Positions 9,145 to 19,563 of a DNA stretch of 64,000 nucleotides are shown here, piece after piece; position 1 is the first letter of the stretch, and every line of letters begins with the position of its first letter. The notes below the pieces were generated by a model. It saw only the letters and a program-made list of their open reading frames with translations, did no database searches and was not told the origin of the DNA. Source of the DNA: an uncultured Candidatus Saccharibacteria bacterium (GTDB lineage: Bacteria > Patescibacteriota > Minisyncoccia > UBA6257 > WO2-44-18); contig CAYJVO010000001.1 of NCBI GenBank assembly GCA_964373675.1, forward strand, positions 4,327 to 68,326, given 5' to 3'. Position numbers and translations under genes: made by a program.

Positions 9145-9152
9145 AACTTATT

Positions 9153-9863
9153 ATGGATTACGAAGTTAAACTTGAACAATTTTCCGGGCCGCTGGATAAA
9201 CTGCTCCAATTGATTGAGGAGCGTCATTTAGACATTACCCACATCAGTTTGGCAGAGGTAACCGCCGATTTTTTAAATTATGTTAAAAAACTCGGAGCAA
9301 CCGCCGAGCCAAAAATTTTAGCCGATTTTCTGGTAGTGGCGGCTCATTTGGTTTTGATAAAATCAAAAACTCTTCTTCCTTCACTGGAACTAACTGAAGA
9401 AGAAAAAACTGACATCAAAGATTTGGAGAGTCGCCTTAAGCTTTATCAGGAATTCAAACGAGCCGGCGAAGCAATAAGAAAACTTTGGTTAAAGAACAGC
9501 CGTTCGTTCGGTCGGCCGCTGTTTATGAACTTGGGAGACGAATCATTTTTTTATCCGCCTAAAAAATTGACTACTCAAGATTTAATAAACAGTCTTCGCA
9601 AAATACTTTCCGCTTTGCAGGATCTGGTTCCAAAAATAGCAAAAATTAAAGAAACAGTCATCAGTATTGAAAGCAAAATCCGGCATCTTCTCGCTCGCTT
9701 CCAGGAGACAGCTGAACACAGCTTTAAAAAAATTGCCGAAAAAGGATCGCGTAAAGAGATAATTGTGATTTTCTTGGCAGTCCTGCATTTATTAAAAGAT
9801 CGTTTGATTCAAGCAGAGCAAGAAAAACAATTTGGGGATATAATATTAAAAAAATCTAAATGA
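9153..9863 (+). CDS. scpA: Segregation and condensation protein A
   Basis: 236 aa, LEQFSGPLDKLLQLIEERHLDITHISLAEVTADFL matches ScpA. The stop overlaps scpB. Confidence 0.85.
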   Translation: MDYEVKLEQFSGPLDKLLQLIEERHLDITHISLAEVTADFLNYVKKLGATAEPKILADFLVVAAHLVLIKSKTLLPSLELTEEEKTDIKDLESRLKLYQEFKRAGEAIRKLWLKNSRSFGRPLFMNLGDESFFYPPKKLTTQDLINSLRKILSALQDLVPKIAKIKETVISIESKIRHLLARFQETAEHSFKKIAEKGSRKEIIVIFLAVLHLLKDRLIQAEQEKQFGDIILKKSK

Positions 9864-10447
9864 AAGAACTAATTGTTAAAATTGAAGCTCTACTATTCAT
9901 CTACGGTGAGCCAATGCCTTTTAAAAAAATTGCCAAGACTTTAGGCATCTCAGAATCCGAAGCTAAAGAAGCCGTGGATCAGCTTGCTGAAAAATTAAAG
10001 AATCGGGAAAGCGGATTGTGGCTGGTGAGCGATTTGGAGAAAGTTCAGCTTGTTACCAAGCCAGAATTTTCTGACTTACTTGAACAAATGATTAAAGAAG
10101 AGCTTAAGGAGGAACTTTCGTCGGCTTCTCTGGAAGCGCTCTCTATTATTGCTTACTCCGCCCCGGTTTCCCGGGCGGAACTGGATTACATCCGAGGCGT
10201 CAATTCCAGCTTTATTTTGCGCAGCTTGCTGCTTCGGGGGCTGGTAGAAAGAGAGATGGATCCTAAAGGAGGCAATGCTTTTGTCTATCGCCCCAGCCTG
10301 GACTTGCTTAAATACCTTGGTGTCTCTAGATCAGGAGACTTGCCGGAGTTCTCCAAATTTTCCCAGCTGATAGCAGCCGTCCGTCAAACTGACGAAAAAC
10401 CGGCGGAAGTACCGATTCAACCCGATGCTCAAAACCCAACACCTTAG
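9860..10447 (+). CDS. scpB: Segregation and condensation protein B
   Basis: 195 aa, EALLFIYGEP...LEALSIIAYSAPVSRAELDYIRGV winged-helix ScpB motifs. Confidence 0.85.
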   Translation: MKELIVKIEALLFIYGEPMPFKKIAKTLGISESEAKEAVDQLAEKLKNRESGLWLVSDLEKVQLVTKPEFSDLLEQMIKEELKEELSSASLEALSIIAYSAPVSRAELDYIRGVNSSFILRSLLLRGLVEREMDPKGGNAFVYRPSLDLLKYLGVSRSGDLPEFSKFSQLIAAVRQTDEKPAEVPIQPDAQNPTP

Positions 10448-11312
10448 CTTAATTTTTACCGGATTGATTTTTCTTTTAGTTCTGTTTGGCAACATAAATT
10501 ACGGCGCTCGTGAATCCGAATGGCCGACTTTACAAGAGTCGGTTAATTCCACTGCCTTGAGTGAAAGCGCGCAGGTCATTCCAGGACCCTTTCCGCAGTT
10601 GATTGCTGTTCCGCCGACAGTTTCCGCAGAAGCGGTTTTAGTTCTAGAAGTAAAATCCGGCAAAAAATTGCTAGACAAAAATTCTTACAAACAATGGCCG
10701 ATCGCGTCTCTAACTAAATTAATGACGGCGGTAATCGCTTTAGAAAAAATCGGTCCTGACAAAATCATCGTTATTGACGAGCGGGCCGTTTCCGCCGAGG
10801 GAATTGCCGGCGGATGGCAGATAGGAAATCGGGCTTCAGTTCAAGAATTAATTGAAACTATGATGCTAGTTTCCAGTAATGATGCGGCAATGGCGCTTGC
10901 CAATTTTTATGGCTATGAGGTTTTTGTAAATGCTATGCGCGAAAAGGCCAATGCGCTGGGAATGAAAAATATGACCTTTGCCGATCCGATGGGATTATCA
11001 TTGTTAAACCAGTCGTCATTGGAAGATATGGCTAAACTCGCGGTTTATGTCTATGAAACCCATTCGGAGATTTTAGCTTGGAGCCGCCAGCCAGAAATTG
11101 AAATTTTAGACAGAAAATTGTTAAATATAAATAAGTTTGCCAACCGGCCGGATTGGCTTGGTGGCAAGACCGGTTTTATTGACGAGTCCGGCGGAAATTT
11201 AATATCTTTTTTTGAATACAACAATCAACCCATTCTTATAATTATTTTCGGAGCTCAAGACCGTTTCGTTGAAACCGAAGTAATATATAATTGGGTAAAA
11301 AGCTTTTTATGA
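10425..11312 (+). CDS. D-alanyl-D-alanine carboxypeptidase (S11 family, PBP5/DacC-like)
   Basis: Signal/TM at the N-terminus, SxxK active-site ASLTK, SxN (SSND) and KTG motifs. Confidence 0.8.
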   Translation: MLKTQHLSLIFTGLIFLLVLFGNINYGARESEWPTLQESVNSTALSESAQVIPGPFPQLIAVPPTVSAEAVLVLEVKSGKKLLDKNSYKQWPIASLTKLMTAVIALEKIGPDKIIVIDERAVSAEGIAGGWQIGNRASVQELIETMMLVSSNDAAMALANFYGYEVFVNAMREKANALGMKNMTFADPMGLSLLNQSSLEDMAKLAVYVYETHSEILAWSRQPEIEILDRKLLNINKFANRPDWLGGKTGFIDESGGNLISFFEYNNQPILIIIFGAQDRFVETEVIYNWVKSFL

Positions 11313-12334
11313 TTGCCCTCCAAGCTATTCGCATTTTGGCTTTTTCCGTTGTCGCTTTCTTGACGGCGATGTTTTTAACGTCTTTTATCATCCGGATTCT
11401 TTATAAATTTCATTTTTATAAACAGATTAGAACAAAAGAACAAACGCCTATATATTCCAAACTTCACGAAAAAAAATCCGGCACACCCACTATGGGCGGC
11501 GCGATCATCTGGCTTACGGTTTTGGGTTTGGCGCTGGTCTCCGCGCTGATTGGTAACTATTTTAATTTTGTGGACCGCGCTCAAACTTATTTGCCGATCG
11601 CCGCCATGTTTATTGCCGCCATTTTAGGGCTTACTGATGACCTGCTGGGGGTTTTAAAAATCGGGCCTCACGGCGGCGGATTGAGGGTGAGTCAAAAACT
11701 GGTTGTTTATCTCTTGATTGCGCTGATCGGCGCTCTTTGGTTCTACTACCGTTTAGACTGGAATGTCTTGAATATTCCTTTTGTCGGTAATGTGGAAATC
11801 GGCTGGCTCTATGTTCCTTTTTTTGTATTTATAATCGTTGCCAGCGCGTTTTCCGCAAATGAAACCGATGGCTTGGACGGTTTGTTGGGCGGAGTAATGC
11901 TTTTTGCATTCATTGCCCTGACCGTCGTGGCTTTTGTGCTTGGCCGCTATCATCTGGCAGTTTTTGGCGGCGTCACTGCGGGAGCGCTGCTCGCATTTCT
12001 GTGGAACAACATTTATCCGGCGCGATTTTTTATGGGAGATACCGGGTCAATGTCTTTAGGAATAACTATGGGAGTTATTGCCATGCTCACTAACACGACC
12101 CTTTTACTTCCCTTCTTCGCTTCTATTCTAGTGATTGAATCTCTATCGGTAATAATCCAAGTTGCCAGCAAAAAACTTCGCAATGGCAAAAAAGTGTTCT
12201 TGTCCGCGCCGATTCATCACCATTTTGAAGCTATTGGCTGGCCGGAAACCAAAGTTACTATGAGGTTTTGGATTATTTCGGCAGTCTTCAGCGCCTTAGG
12301 TTTAGTGATTTTCTTTTTGGACAGATACCTATAG
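11291..12334 (+). CDS. mraY: Phospho-N-acetylmuramoyl-pentapeptide transferase
   Basis: 347 aa polytopic. DDLLGVLKIGP, NETDGLDGL and HHHFE motifs are diagnostic of MraY. Confidence 0.9.
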   Translation: MGKKLFMIALQAIRILAFSVVAFLTAMFLTSFIIRILYKFHFYKQIRTKEQTPIYSKLHEKKSGTPTMGGAIIWLTVLGLALVSALIGNYFNFVDRAQTYLPIAAMFIAAILGLTDDLLGVLKIGPHGGGLRVSQKLVVYLLIALIGALWFYYRLDWNVLNIPFVGNVEIGWLYVPFFVFIIVASAFSANETDGLDGLLGGVMLFAFIALTVVAFVLGRYHLAVFGGVTAGALLAFLWNNIYPARFFMGDTGSMSLGITMGVIAMLTNTTLLLPFFASILVIESLSVIIQVASKKLRNGKKVFLSAPIHHHFEAIGWPETKVTMRFWIISAVFSALGLVIFFLDRYL

Positions 12335-12368
12335 GTTCAAAGTTAAATGACGGTGTTATAATTGAATT

Positions 12369-13862
12369 ATGGTACTGCTTAAAGGCGTCCAAGTAGTTGA
12401 CGGTTCCGGGAGACCGCCGTTTAAAGCCGAGGTTTTGTTAAAAGACGACAAAATCTCCGCCATTGGAAATTTCCCAAACAAAAAAGCCGACCTTATTCTA
12501 GATGGCCTTGGCAGTTATTTAATGCCGGGATTTATTGATATCAATACCGATTCTGACCACTATCTTTCTCTTTTTACCAATCCGGCCCAAAAAGATTTTA
12601 TTGCCCAAGGTGTCACTACTATTATCGGCGGCCAGTGCGGATCTTCGTTGGCGCCCTTACTTTACGGCACTCTGGAATCAATCCGCAAATGGACCGACAC
12701 CAATTTAATAAATGTTAATTGGCACACCGTGGACGAATTCTTTAGAGTTTTAGCCCGCATTAAACTCGGCGTTAATTTCGGCACTTTAGTTGGTCATTCC
12801 ACTATCCGCCGCGCTTTGATTGGTGAAGATCTGCGCCGCCTCACAGCGCAAGAAACAGTGATTTTTAAAAAACTGCTGATGGACGCACTGACTGAAGGAG
12901 CGCTGGGTCTTTCTAGTGGATTAAGTTACGCGCATTCACGCAACACTCCTTACGAAGAATTGAAAGAATTAGCAGATGTCGTGGCGAAACACAACGCCGT
13001 GTACACCACTCATTTAAGAAGCGAAAGAGAGGGGCTGACGGCGGCGGTTAATGAAACTTTAAAGTTGGCTCACGAAACCGGCGCCACAACTATCATCAGC
13101 CATTTTCGTCCCCACATTGGATTTGAAACAGATTTTGAAGAAGCTCTGCAAATGATTAATGAAACCTCGGAGCACACACCGATTTATTTTGATGTTTATC
13201 CTTTTGACACCAGCATTATGCCAATCTATACCCTTTTGCCGCTCTGGGCGCAAAATGGCGGTTTGGAAGTAATGAGATCAAATATTGAAACACCGACGAT
13301 TCGGGAAAAAATTCTTAAAGAACTGCCACCGCTTAAAAAAGATGACTTGGTAGTGGCTCAAGCTTTTAATGCACCTTATCTGGTAGGAAAAACTTTAGGA
13401 ATGGTTTCGGAAAATCAAAATCTCAATCTTAATGAAGCGCTGCTGAAAATAATGTCCGCCACCGATCTGCGCGCCTTAGTTTTTTATAAAAATCTTAACC
13501 TTGACTTGATTGTCAAAAGTTTAGAGAGCGGGAAATCGTTAATTGCTTCTAACGCCGCCAGTCTTCCGGAAAACGCACAGACGGTGAAGCACGAACGATT
13601 TGTCAATACTTTCCCAAAATATCTGAGTATGGCCGCTCAAAAAGAAGTGAGATTGATAGAAGAAGCGGTTAAAAAAATAACCTCCCAGCCAGCCAGCATC
13701 TTTAATATTAAAAATCGGGGATTAGTTAAGGAAGGTTATTTTGCTGATTTGGTTCTTTGGAAAAACAATAAAATTCAAGCAACTTTTGTCAATGGCCAGT
13801 TGGTTTACGATGAAGGAAAGTTTTTAGACGCATACGCGGGAACAATCGTTAAAAGCCACTAG
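12369..13862 (+). CDS. Amidohydrolase-superfamily N-acyl-D-amino-acid deacylase (D-aminoacylase)-like
   Basis: 497 aa. VQVVDGSGRP...LMPGFIDINTDSDHY metal-binding start typical of the D-aminoacylase family. Confidence 0.7.
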   Translation: MVLLKGVQVVDGSGRPPFKAEVLLKDDKISAIGNFPNKKADLILDGLGSYLMPGFIDINTDSDHYLSLFTNPAQKDFIAQGVTTIIGGQCGSSLAPLLYGTLESIRKWTDTNLINVNWHTVDEFFRVLARIKLGVNFGTLVGHSTIRRALIGEDLRRLTAQETVIFKKLLMDALTEGALGLSSGLSYAHSRNTPYEELKELADVVAKHNAVYTTHLRSEREGLTAAVNETLKLAHETGATTIISHFRPHIGFETDFEEALQMINETSEHTPIYFDVYPFDTSIMPIYTLLPLWAQNGGLEVMRSNIETPTIREKILKELPPLKKDDLVVAQAFNAPYLVGKTLGMVSENQNLNLNEALLKIMSATDLRALVFYKNLNLDLIVKSLESGKSLIASNAASLPENAQTVKHERFVNTFPKYLSMAAQKEVRLIEEAVKKITSQPASIFNIKNRGLVKEGYFADLVLWKNNKIQATFVNGQLVYDEGKFLDAYAGTIVKSH

Positions 13863-13909
13863 AGGTTAGAGACTAGTAGCTAGGGACTATTCCCTAGTGG
13901 CTAAAAATA

Positions 13910-15001
13910 ATGAAACGCTACGGCTCTCCAGATTACGTCATTATTACAATCATCGGCCTGCTGGTAATTTTCGGTCTGGTAATGCTGGCCAGCGCTTCTT
14001 CTAATTTAGGACAAAGCCGATTCAACGATACTTATTACTATCTCAAGCATCAAGTACTGTACGGCCTCAGTTTGGGATTAGTAGGATTTGTTTTAGCATC
14101 TAAGATTTATTACCGCTGGTACCAAAAGACGGCTTTTTTGATGGTGCTAATCAGCATCGGTTTGTTAGTATTAGTCTTTTCACCTTTAGGAATAGGCGTC
14201 AGCAATGCCGACCGGTGGCTTAAATTAGGACCGATTACTTTTCAGCCAGCCGAACTTTTAAAAATAACTTTCATTTTATATTTGACCGCTTGGTTAAGTA
14301 AAGATCAAAGCCGATCACAAAGCTTCACTAAGGGATTTCTGCCGCTTTTGTTAGTAACGGCGATTATTAGCGGATTACTGCTGAAGCAGCCGACCACCAG
14401 CATGGCAGTATTGTTGCTGGCGACGGCTTTTATTATTTATTACGCTAGCGGAGCTAAGCTGGCTTATCTGGCTGGTCTAACGCTTGCCGGCATCATAGCC
14501 GTTTCACTGGTAATCTTTACTACCCCTTACCGGTTCAATCGGATTATGAATTTTTTAAATCCGGAGGCTAACCCTCTGGCCGGCGGGTATCATTTAACTC
14601 AAGCGTTGATCACTATTGGCTCCGGAGAATGGTTAGGTGTGGGTTACGGCCAGTCAACTACAAAAATAAAATATCTACCCGAACCGGTGGGCGATTCTAT
14701 CTTTGCTGTCATTGCCGAAGAATTAGGATTTATCGGTTCATTATTTCTTATTACGTTATTCACGGTGCTGATTCTGCGGATTTTTATGCTAGCCAGAAAA
14801 ACTTCTGATCGCTTTGCTAAGCTTACACTTATCGGTTTTAGTTCTCTGATTGCTATTCAAGTTTTTATGAACATAGGCGCCATCTCCGGACTAATACCGC
14901 TCACTGGCGTGCCCCTTCCTTTTATCAGCTATGGCGGCACGGCTTTAGCGGTTTTTATGACCATGAGCGGAATAATCGTCAATATCTCAAAATATTCTTA
15001 A
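13910..15001 (+). CDS. ftsW: SEDS family peptidoglycan glycosyltransferase FtsW/RodA
   Basis: 363 aa, 10 predicted TM helices. QPAELLKI and PLTGVPLPFISYGGTA motifs. Confidence 0.85.
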   Translation: MKRYGSPDYVIITIIGLLVIFGLVMLASASSNLGQSRFNDTYYYLKHQVLYGLSLGLVGFVLASKIYYRWYQKTAFLMVLISIGLLVLVFSPLGIGVSNADRWLKLGPITFQPAELLKITFILYLTAWLSKDQSRSQSFTKGFLPLLLVTAIISGLLLKQPTTSMAVLLLATAFIIYYASGAKLAYLAGLTLAGIIAVSLVIFTTPYRFNRIMNFLNPEANPLAGGYHLTQALITIGSGEWLGVGYGQSTTKIKYLPEPVGDSIFAVIAEELGFIGSLFLITLFTVLILRIFMLARKTSDRFAKLTLIGFSSLIAIQVFMNIGAISGLIPLTGVPLPFISYGGTALAVFMTMSGIIVNISKYS

Positions 15002-15022
15002 TTCCTTGATATAATTTAATAA

Positions 15023-16195
15023 ATGAATAAAGAAACCCGAATTTTGTTAACCGGCGGCGGAACCGGCGGGCACATTTATCCGCTGTCGGCCGTCGCCAAA
15101 AAAATTCAGGAACAGACCCCGAATGCGGACATTGCTTATGCCGGCCAGCCAGGCGGTTACCGCGGCATTTTAGAACAGCACAATATAAAAATTTTAAGTG
15201 TGGTCTCCAGCAAGTGGCGCCGTTATTTTTCGCCTTTAAATGTCCTGGAGGTTTTCCGTTTTTTTATTGGCTTCTTGCAGGCGTTTTGGAAGATTTATTG
15301 GTTTATGCCGGACGCTCTTTTTTCCAAAGGCGGTCCCGGCGCCTTACCAATAATTCTTGTCTGCCGATTTTATCTGATACCAATAGTAATTCATGAGTCT
15401 GATGTCATTCCCGGTTTGACCAGCATAATTTCTGCCCGGTACGCTAAAAAAATTTTCCTTGCTTTTGAGGAGGCCGAAGGTTATTTCCAAAATAAAAATA
15501 CTGAGGTTGTGGGACAGCCGGTTAGAGATGAAATCGCCTCTGGCGGATTGCCACCATCGGAAACCAGAAAAATGCTTGGTTTTTCCGCCGATCTACCAAT
15601 GATTTTGGTTATAGGCGGTTCACAAGGATCAACGCGAATTAACGATTTTATTCTTTCTAATCTCAAACTTCTGCTGGAGAAATTTCAAATCTTGCATCAA
15701 ATCGGAGAAAATAATTATAAAGATTACAACCAAGAATATGAAGTGGAAAGCCGGCGATTGAGTCCGTTGCTAAAAAGCCGTTATCATTTTGCCGCTTATT
15801 TAAACAATAGTCATCCATTCACGATGGCCAGTGCTTTGTCAGCGGCAGACGCGGTAATTTCCCGCGGAGGAGCGAGCGCAATATTTGAAATTTCCGCTTT
15901 AGGTAAACCATCAATTCTGATTCCTCTGCCTGAATCCGCCCGCAATCATCAGGAAGCTAACGCTTATGCTTTCCAAAAAACTGGCGCCGCTATTGTAATT
16001 GAAGAAGAAAACCTGAAACCCAATCTCTTTGAAAGTATTTTGGAAAATCTTTTTTCCGCCTCCGGAGGCGGAAAAAATCTCCAGAAATTACAGATGATGT
16101 CCGAAGCGGCTAAAAGATTTTATAAACCCCAAGCAGCAGAAAAAATCGCCTCTTATATATTGAAATTGCTTAATGAAAATAAATATGGCCATTAA
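15023..16195 (+). CDS. murG: UDP-GlcNAc--MurNAc-pentapeptide-undecaprenol GlcNAc transferase
   Basis: ILLTGGGTGGHIYPLSAVA N-terminus and a GT-B fold C-terminal GGSQGS motif. Confidence 0.9.
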   Translation: MNKETRILLTGGGTGGHIYPLSAVAKKIQEQTPNADIAYAGQPGGYRGILEQHNIKILSVVSSKWRRYFSPLNVLEVFRFFIGFLQAFWKIYWFMPDALFSKGGPGALPIILVCRFYLIPIVIHESDVIPGLTSIISARYAKKIFLAFEEAEGYFQNKNTEVVGQPVRDEIASGGLPPSETRKMLGFSADLPMILVIGGSQGSTRINDFILSNLKLLLEKFQILHQIGENNYKDYNQEYEVESRRLSPLLKSRYHFAAYLNNSHPFTMASALSAADAVISRGGASAIFEISALGKPSILIPLPESARNHQEANAYAFQKTGAAIVIEEENLKPNLFESILENLFSASGGGKNLQKLQMMSEAAKRFYKPQAAEKIASYILKLLNENKYGH

Positions 16196-16206
16196 AATGA
16201 GCAGGT

Positions 16207-16332
16207 CTACAAAATACGAAATCTTACCAATATACGAAACCGATTTGGTATATTCGCCTGCCTGCCGGCCTTGCTCCGCCGAAGCGCTACGCGAAGGCGA
16301 TGCAGGCAGGTACTATTTTCGTATTTAGTAAC
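16207..16332. repeat. Family B element, long variant with GC-rich inner palindrome, copy B2
   Basis: Near-identical to 46728-46858. Outer arms CTAC.AAATACGAAA/TTTCGTATTT.GTAG and inner arms CCTGCCTGCC...GCAGGCAGG. Fills the murG-gltX spacer. Confidence 0.75.
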
Positions 16333-16338
16333 TTATAG

Positions 16339-17790
16339 ATGATTACAAAATTAAAAAAAATCCGAACCCGCATCGCGCCTTCGCCAACGGGTTATTTTCA
16401 TATTGGCACTGCCCGAACCGCGCTTTTTAACTGGCTTTTTACCAAACAGCAGGGCGGGAAATTTATTTTGCGCATTGAGGATACTGATTTAGAGCGATCC
16501 GATAAAAAATTTGAAAAGGATATTATGGAGAATCTTAAATGGCTTGGCCTGGATTGGGACGAAGGACCAGTCGCAGCTGCGACTGGTCAAAGATCAAAGA
16601 TCAAAGGTCAAATGTATGTAGGCGACTGCGGGCCGTATCGGCAAAGTGAACGATTAGAAACCTATAAAAAATATATAAACAGACTACTGGATCAAAAACT
16701 TGCTTATTATTGCTTTTGCACCCCGGAAGAACTGGAAGAACAGCGGCAAGCAATGTTGGTTCAGGGATTAGCCCCTAAATACAGCGGAAAATGCAGCGCC
16801 TTGAGTGCAATAATAACCAAAAAGAATCTAGCAGTTCAAAAATCGCACATTATTCGTTTTCGGGTGCCGCAAACAACCGTAACTTTTAAGGACATTATTC
16901 GCGGCCCCATCAGCTTTGATGCCTCATTGATTGGAGATATCGCTATCGCTAAAGATCCGGAAATTCCGCTTTATAATTTCGCCGTGGTGGTGGACGACTA
17001 TGAAATGGAAATTTCTCATGTGATTCGCGGCGAAGACCATGTTGCCAATACCCCAAAACAAATCTTACTTCAAAAAGCTTTAGAATTTCCCCAGCCGGAA
17101 TACGCCCATCTCCCTCTTATTTTGGACCCGGATCGGCATAAAATGTCCAAAAGATATTCCGCTGTTTCGGTAGCCGAATATCGCAACCAGGGATATTTGC
17201 CGGAAGCAATGATTAATTTTATGGCGCTGCTTGGCTGGCATCCCGGACCGGTAACACCAAAAGGTTTTGAAAGAGAAATTTTCAGCTTACAAGAATTAAT
17301 TCAAGAGTTTAATTTGGAGCGAGTGCAAAAAGCCGGCGCGGTTTTCAATATTGAAAAACTAAACTGGATTAACGCGCAGTATATTAAAAAACTTTCAGAT
17401 AAAGAGCTGGCGAAAATGCTTAATTTTAAAAACCTTAAAGTGATTGCTTTAGCGAAAGACAGAATGAAAAACCTTTCGGATTTTCACGAATTAGCTGACT
17501 GGGCAATAAAATTGCCGGATTATTCCGCAGACCTTTTAATCTGGAAGCAAACATCGAAAGAGGTGATAAAGGAAAATTTAAGGCGGGCGCTGGAAATTTT
17601 AGAATCCGGAGAAAGAAATGACTTAATGAAGCTGGCAGAAGAACGGGGCAGGGGTGAGGTATTGTGGCCGGTCCGCGCCGCTCTATCCGGCAAAGACGCG
17701 TCTCCGGGCCCGCTGGAAATGATTGAAGCTTTGGGTAAAAAAGAAGCAATCAAGCGGCTGAAAATCGCCATCAAAAAACTTGAATCATGA
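16339..17790 (+). CDS. gltX: Glutamyl-tRNA synthetase
   Basis: Class I HIGH-type SPTGYFHIGTART and a KMSKR motif. 483 aa. Confidence 0.9.
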   Translation: MITKLKKIRTRIAPSPTGYFHIGTARTALFNWLFTKQQGGKFILRIEDTDLERSDKKFEKDIMENLKWLGLDWDEGPVAAATGQRSKIKGQMYVGDCGPYRQSERLETYKKYINRLLDQKLAYYCFCTPEELEEQRQAMLVQGLAPKYSGKCSALSAIITKKNLAVQKSHIIRFRVPQTTVTFKDIIRGPISFDASLIGDIAIAKDPEIPLYNFAVVVDDYEMEISHVIRGEDHVANTPKQILLQKALEFPQPEYAHLPLILDPDRHKMSKRYSAVSVAEYRNQGYLPEAMINFMALLGWHPGPVTPKGFEREIFSLQELIQEFNLERVQKAGAVFNIEKLNWINAQYIKKLSDKELAKMLNFKNLKVIALAKDRMKNLSDFHELADWAIKLPDYSADLLIWKQTSKEVIKENLRRALEILESGERNDLMKLAEERGRGEVLWPVRAALSGKDASPGPLEMIEALGKKEAIKRLKIAIKKLES

Positions 17791-17807
17791 ATCAAGAATT
17801 ATGAATT

Positions 17808-19034
17808 ATGAAGCGACTATTTCAACTTATTTTTATTTGTACATTCTTTATTCCCGCTGTGGTTGCGGCTGTTCCCGAGAATCTGAATAAAGCCATTGAA
17901 GAAAAAGTACGAGCACTCCAGGAAATCAATACCCAAATAGAAAAAACCCAAAAAGAAATTGACTCCGCCCAAATTCAGCAAAAAACCCTCAAGAGAGAAT
18001 TAGGCAACCTGAACTATGGCATTAACCAGCTTAATCTTTCCATTAAATCCAGCGAAATTGGCATTGAAAAACTAAATTTAGAGCTGGAAGTTCTTCAGTA
18101 CGATATTCAGGATACCGAAATAACAATTCAAACTAAACAGTTGGCAGTCATTAAATTCCTGCGTGAATTGCAACAAAAAGACAATGAATCTCTTCTCTTG
18201 GCAATGCTGAAAAAGAAAAGCTTGGCGGACAGCTTCTTTGAACTGCAAAGCATTGATGCCCTTAATAACCAGCTTTCTTTGGAAGTTAAAAACCTCCAAC
18301 AGCTTCAAAGCAAGCTCCAAGACAAATTTAACAAAAGGAGTGTTAAAAAACAGCAATCAGTCCTAGAAAATAATAATTTAAAGAATCGTCGGGAAATTTT
18401 TACTGACCAAAAAAGTGCTCGCGTCACTCTTCTATCCCAAACCCAAAATCAGGAGAAAATTTATCAGCAGCAGCTGAGCGAACTGGAGAAAAAACAACGC
18501 GCTATCAGCGATGAAATCGGCGTAATTGAAGACGAATTGAGGCGCACTTTTGATCCCAGTATTTTACCGATTAAAAGGCCTGGGGTTTTAGGAAAACCGG
18601 TAGCAGGCCCCTTAAGTCAGGAGTACGGGCAAACGGCCGTCGGGCGCCGCCTTTATAAAAATGGATTTCACAACGGCGTGGATTTCCAAGCGGCGATTGG
18701 CACTCCGGTTTTTTCTGCTGAGGGCGGCGAAATTATTGCAGTCGGCAACAATGGCCGACTGCAATACGGAAAATATGTCTTGATCAACCATCCTAATAAT
18801 TTAACCACTCTCTATGCCCATTTGTCCCGTCAGCAAGTTAATAAAGGCGATTTTGTAAAAAGAGGCGATTTGATCGGCTACAGCGGCAACACCGGTTACT
18901 CCTTTGGCCCCCACGTCCATTTAACGGTTTATTGGGCGCCCAGCGTTCGCTTAGAAAACTTCCCCAGCTGCAACTGCGGTTTAGTACCGCTCGGCATTAC
19001 CATTAATCCTTTAGATTATTTAGAACGTTTATAA
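17808..19034 (+). CDS. M23 family metallopeptidase with N-terminal coiled coil (EnvC/murein hydrolase activator-like)
   Basis: Signal peptide, long Q/L/E-rich coiled coil, and a C-terminal HxxxD / GVDF...NHPNNLTTLYAHLS...HVHL LytM motif. Confidence 0.8.
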   Translation: MKRLFQLIFICTFFIPAVVAAVPENLNKAIEEKVRALQEINTQIEKTQKEIDSAQIQQKTLKRELGNLNYGINQLNLSIKSSEIGIEKLNLELEVLQYDIQDTEITIQTKQLAVIKFLRELQQKDNESLLLAMLKKKSLADSFFELQSIDALNNQLSLEVKNLQQLQSKLQDKFNKRSVKKQQSVLENNNLKNRREIFTDQKSARVTLLSQTQNQEKIYQQQLSELEKKQRAISDEIGVIEDELRRTFDPSILPIKRPGVLGKPVAGPLSQEYGQTAVGRRLYKNGFHNGVDFQAAIGTPVFSAEGGEIIAVGNNGRLQYGKYVLINHPNNLTTLYAHLSRQQVNKGDFVKRGDLIGYSGNTGYSFGPHVHLTVYWAPSVRLENFPSCNCGLVPLGITINPLDYLERL

Positions 19035-19074
19035 ATATAAATCAAAATCCGATTAGTTTGCTATAATAAAATAA

Positions 19075-19437
19075 ATGGCTCTGAAGAGACTTATTTTAGC
19101 GACCTTTCTCTTGTCGTCTTTTTATTTACCTCAAGAGAAAGATGGCCGGTTGGCGGCTATTTCCGAATCTTTTCCGAATGCGCCAATAAATTTTCTTCAG
19201 GGCTTAAAAGCCGTTAACGACGCTATTCAGAAACCTTTTAGAAATCTTCCTTTGTTTAAAAAAGCTACCGAGATTGTCTTAGCGCCCGATGTTCAAGTTT
19301 TCGGCTGGCTTAAATCAACAGGTACTTTCTTTAAAAAAATTTGGGGGGGTCTCTCCGGGGTTTTCAAATTTATTGGCCAGATCTTTGTTTGGCTGCTGGA
19401 ATTTATGGCAAAGTTAATCAGGATTGGTATTAACTAG
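19075..19437 (+). CDS. Hypothetical small secreted or membrane protein
   Basis: 120 aa with an N-terminal hydrophobic segment. No domain recognised. Confidence 0.4.
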   Translation: MALKRLILATFLLSSFYLPQEKDGRLAAISESFPNAPINFLQGLKAVNDAIQKPFRNLPLFKKATEIVLAPDVQVFGWLKSTGTFFKKIWGGLSGVFKFIGQIFVWLLEFMAKLIRIGIN

Positions 19438-19562
19438 AACCTATCTCAATAATAATCCTCAAAGAAGCATGACAACGAAATTTTCAATTTAGATAGCAAC
19501 CCAAAGGGATTCTGAAGAAAATTTACTAATATCGCGTTAGGAATTATTATTGAAATAGGTTC
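19438..19562. repeat. 20-bp inverted repeat pair bracketing an intergenic spacer
   Basis: GAACCTATCTCAATAATAAT at 19438-19457 versus AATTATTATTGAAATAGGTTC at 19542-19562, 19 of 20 complementary. Confidence 0.5.
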
Positions 19563-19563
19563 T

